IMG/VR virus record: IMGVR_UViG_2713896798_000006
Source: a virus
Lineage: Duplodnaviria > Heunggongvirae > Uroviricota > Caudoviricetes
Direction: 5' to 3' (one strand)
Length of the DNA: 25,620 nucleotides
The first letter of the stretch is position 1, and every line of letters begins with the position of its first letter. Of this stretch, positions 25,427 to 25,620 are shown in pieces. Both the position numbers and the translations under genes were made by a program. The notes under the pieces were generated by a model. It searched no databases. It saw only the letters and a program-made list of their open reading frames with translations, and was not told where the DNA came from.

Positions 25427-25620
25427 CCAACGCCATTCATGGCCATATCAATGATTTTCTGGTGCGTACCGGGTTGAGAAGCGGTGTAAGTGAACTGCAG
25501 TTGCCATGTTTTACGGCAGTGAGAGCAGAGATAGCGCTGATGTCCGGCGGTGCTTTTGCCGTTACGCACCACCCCGTCAGTAGCTGAACAGGAGGGACAG
25601 CTGATAGAAACAGAAGCCAC
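25345..25620 (-). CDS. insA: IS1 InsA
   Basis: 91 aa, [43 protein letters not shown]...; start codon at the last base of the window. Confidence 0.9.
   Translation of the reverse strand: MASVSISCPSCSATDGVVRNGKSTAGHQRYLCSHCRKTWQLQFTYTASQPGTHQKIIDMAMNGVGCRATARIMGVGLNTIFRHLKNSGRSR

Larger units (their letters stand above)
24908..25620 (-). mobile_element. IS1, partial (truncated by the window end)
   Basis: IS1 terminus GGTAATGACTCCAACTTATTGATAGTGTT at 24908; insA and insB ORFs; frameshift motif TTTAAAAAAC present on the minus strand near 25364..25373. Confidence 0.9.

Overview
This window reads as an Escherichia coli-type lambdoid prophage segment, a mosaic resembling the K-12 Qin and Rac cryptic prophages, interrupted by three insertion sequences. 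All calls are from reading the sequence and the ORF track; homology statements rest on recalled protein sequences and motifs, not on database searches. Left to right: a membrane-protein ORF with terminator; integrase and excisionase (minus); an 823-aa early protein with a C-terminal DEDDh exonuclease domain; a Qin-like dicB operon on the minus strand (ydfA, ydfB, ydfC-like, DicF sRNA, dicB, ydfD) split by a complete IS5 with TTAA target duplication; a 158-aa repressor flanked by operator palindromes and divergent promoters; a YdaS/YdaT-like pair; an O-like initiator with in-gene iterons and a DnaC-like loader; a nin-like block of hypothetical genes (one with a DUF551-like C-terminus), tiny hydrophobic ORFs and a hok toxin; a DUF968-like protein, RusA and a Q-like antiterminator with promoter and terminator; a degraded TerB-like gene, a hairpin-dense non-coding stretch and a nanS-p-type esterase; then a pinholin, an IS66-family element with 8-bp target duplication, an AT-rich segment with a reverse 104-aa ORF, a SAR endolysin, Rz/Rz1, and a partial IS1 at the window edge. 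No CRISPR array or tRNA gene was found. I found no clearly novel multi-gene system; the best candidates for undescribed function are the structured region at 16530-16936, the segment between holin and endolysin, the 10621-12443 cluster and the 823-aa exonuclease protein.
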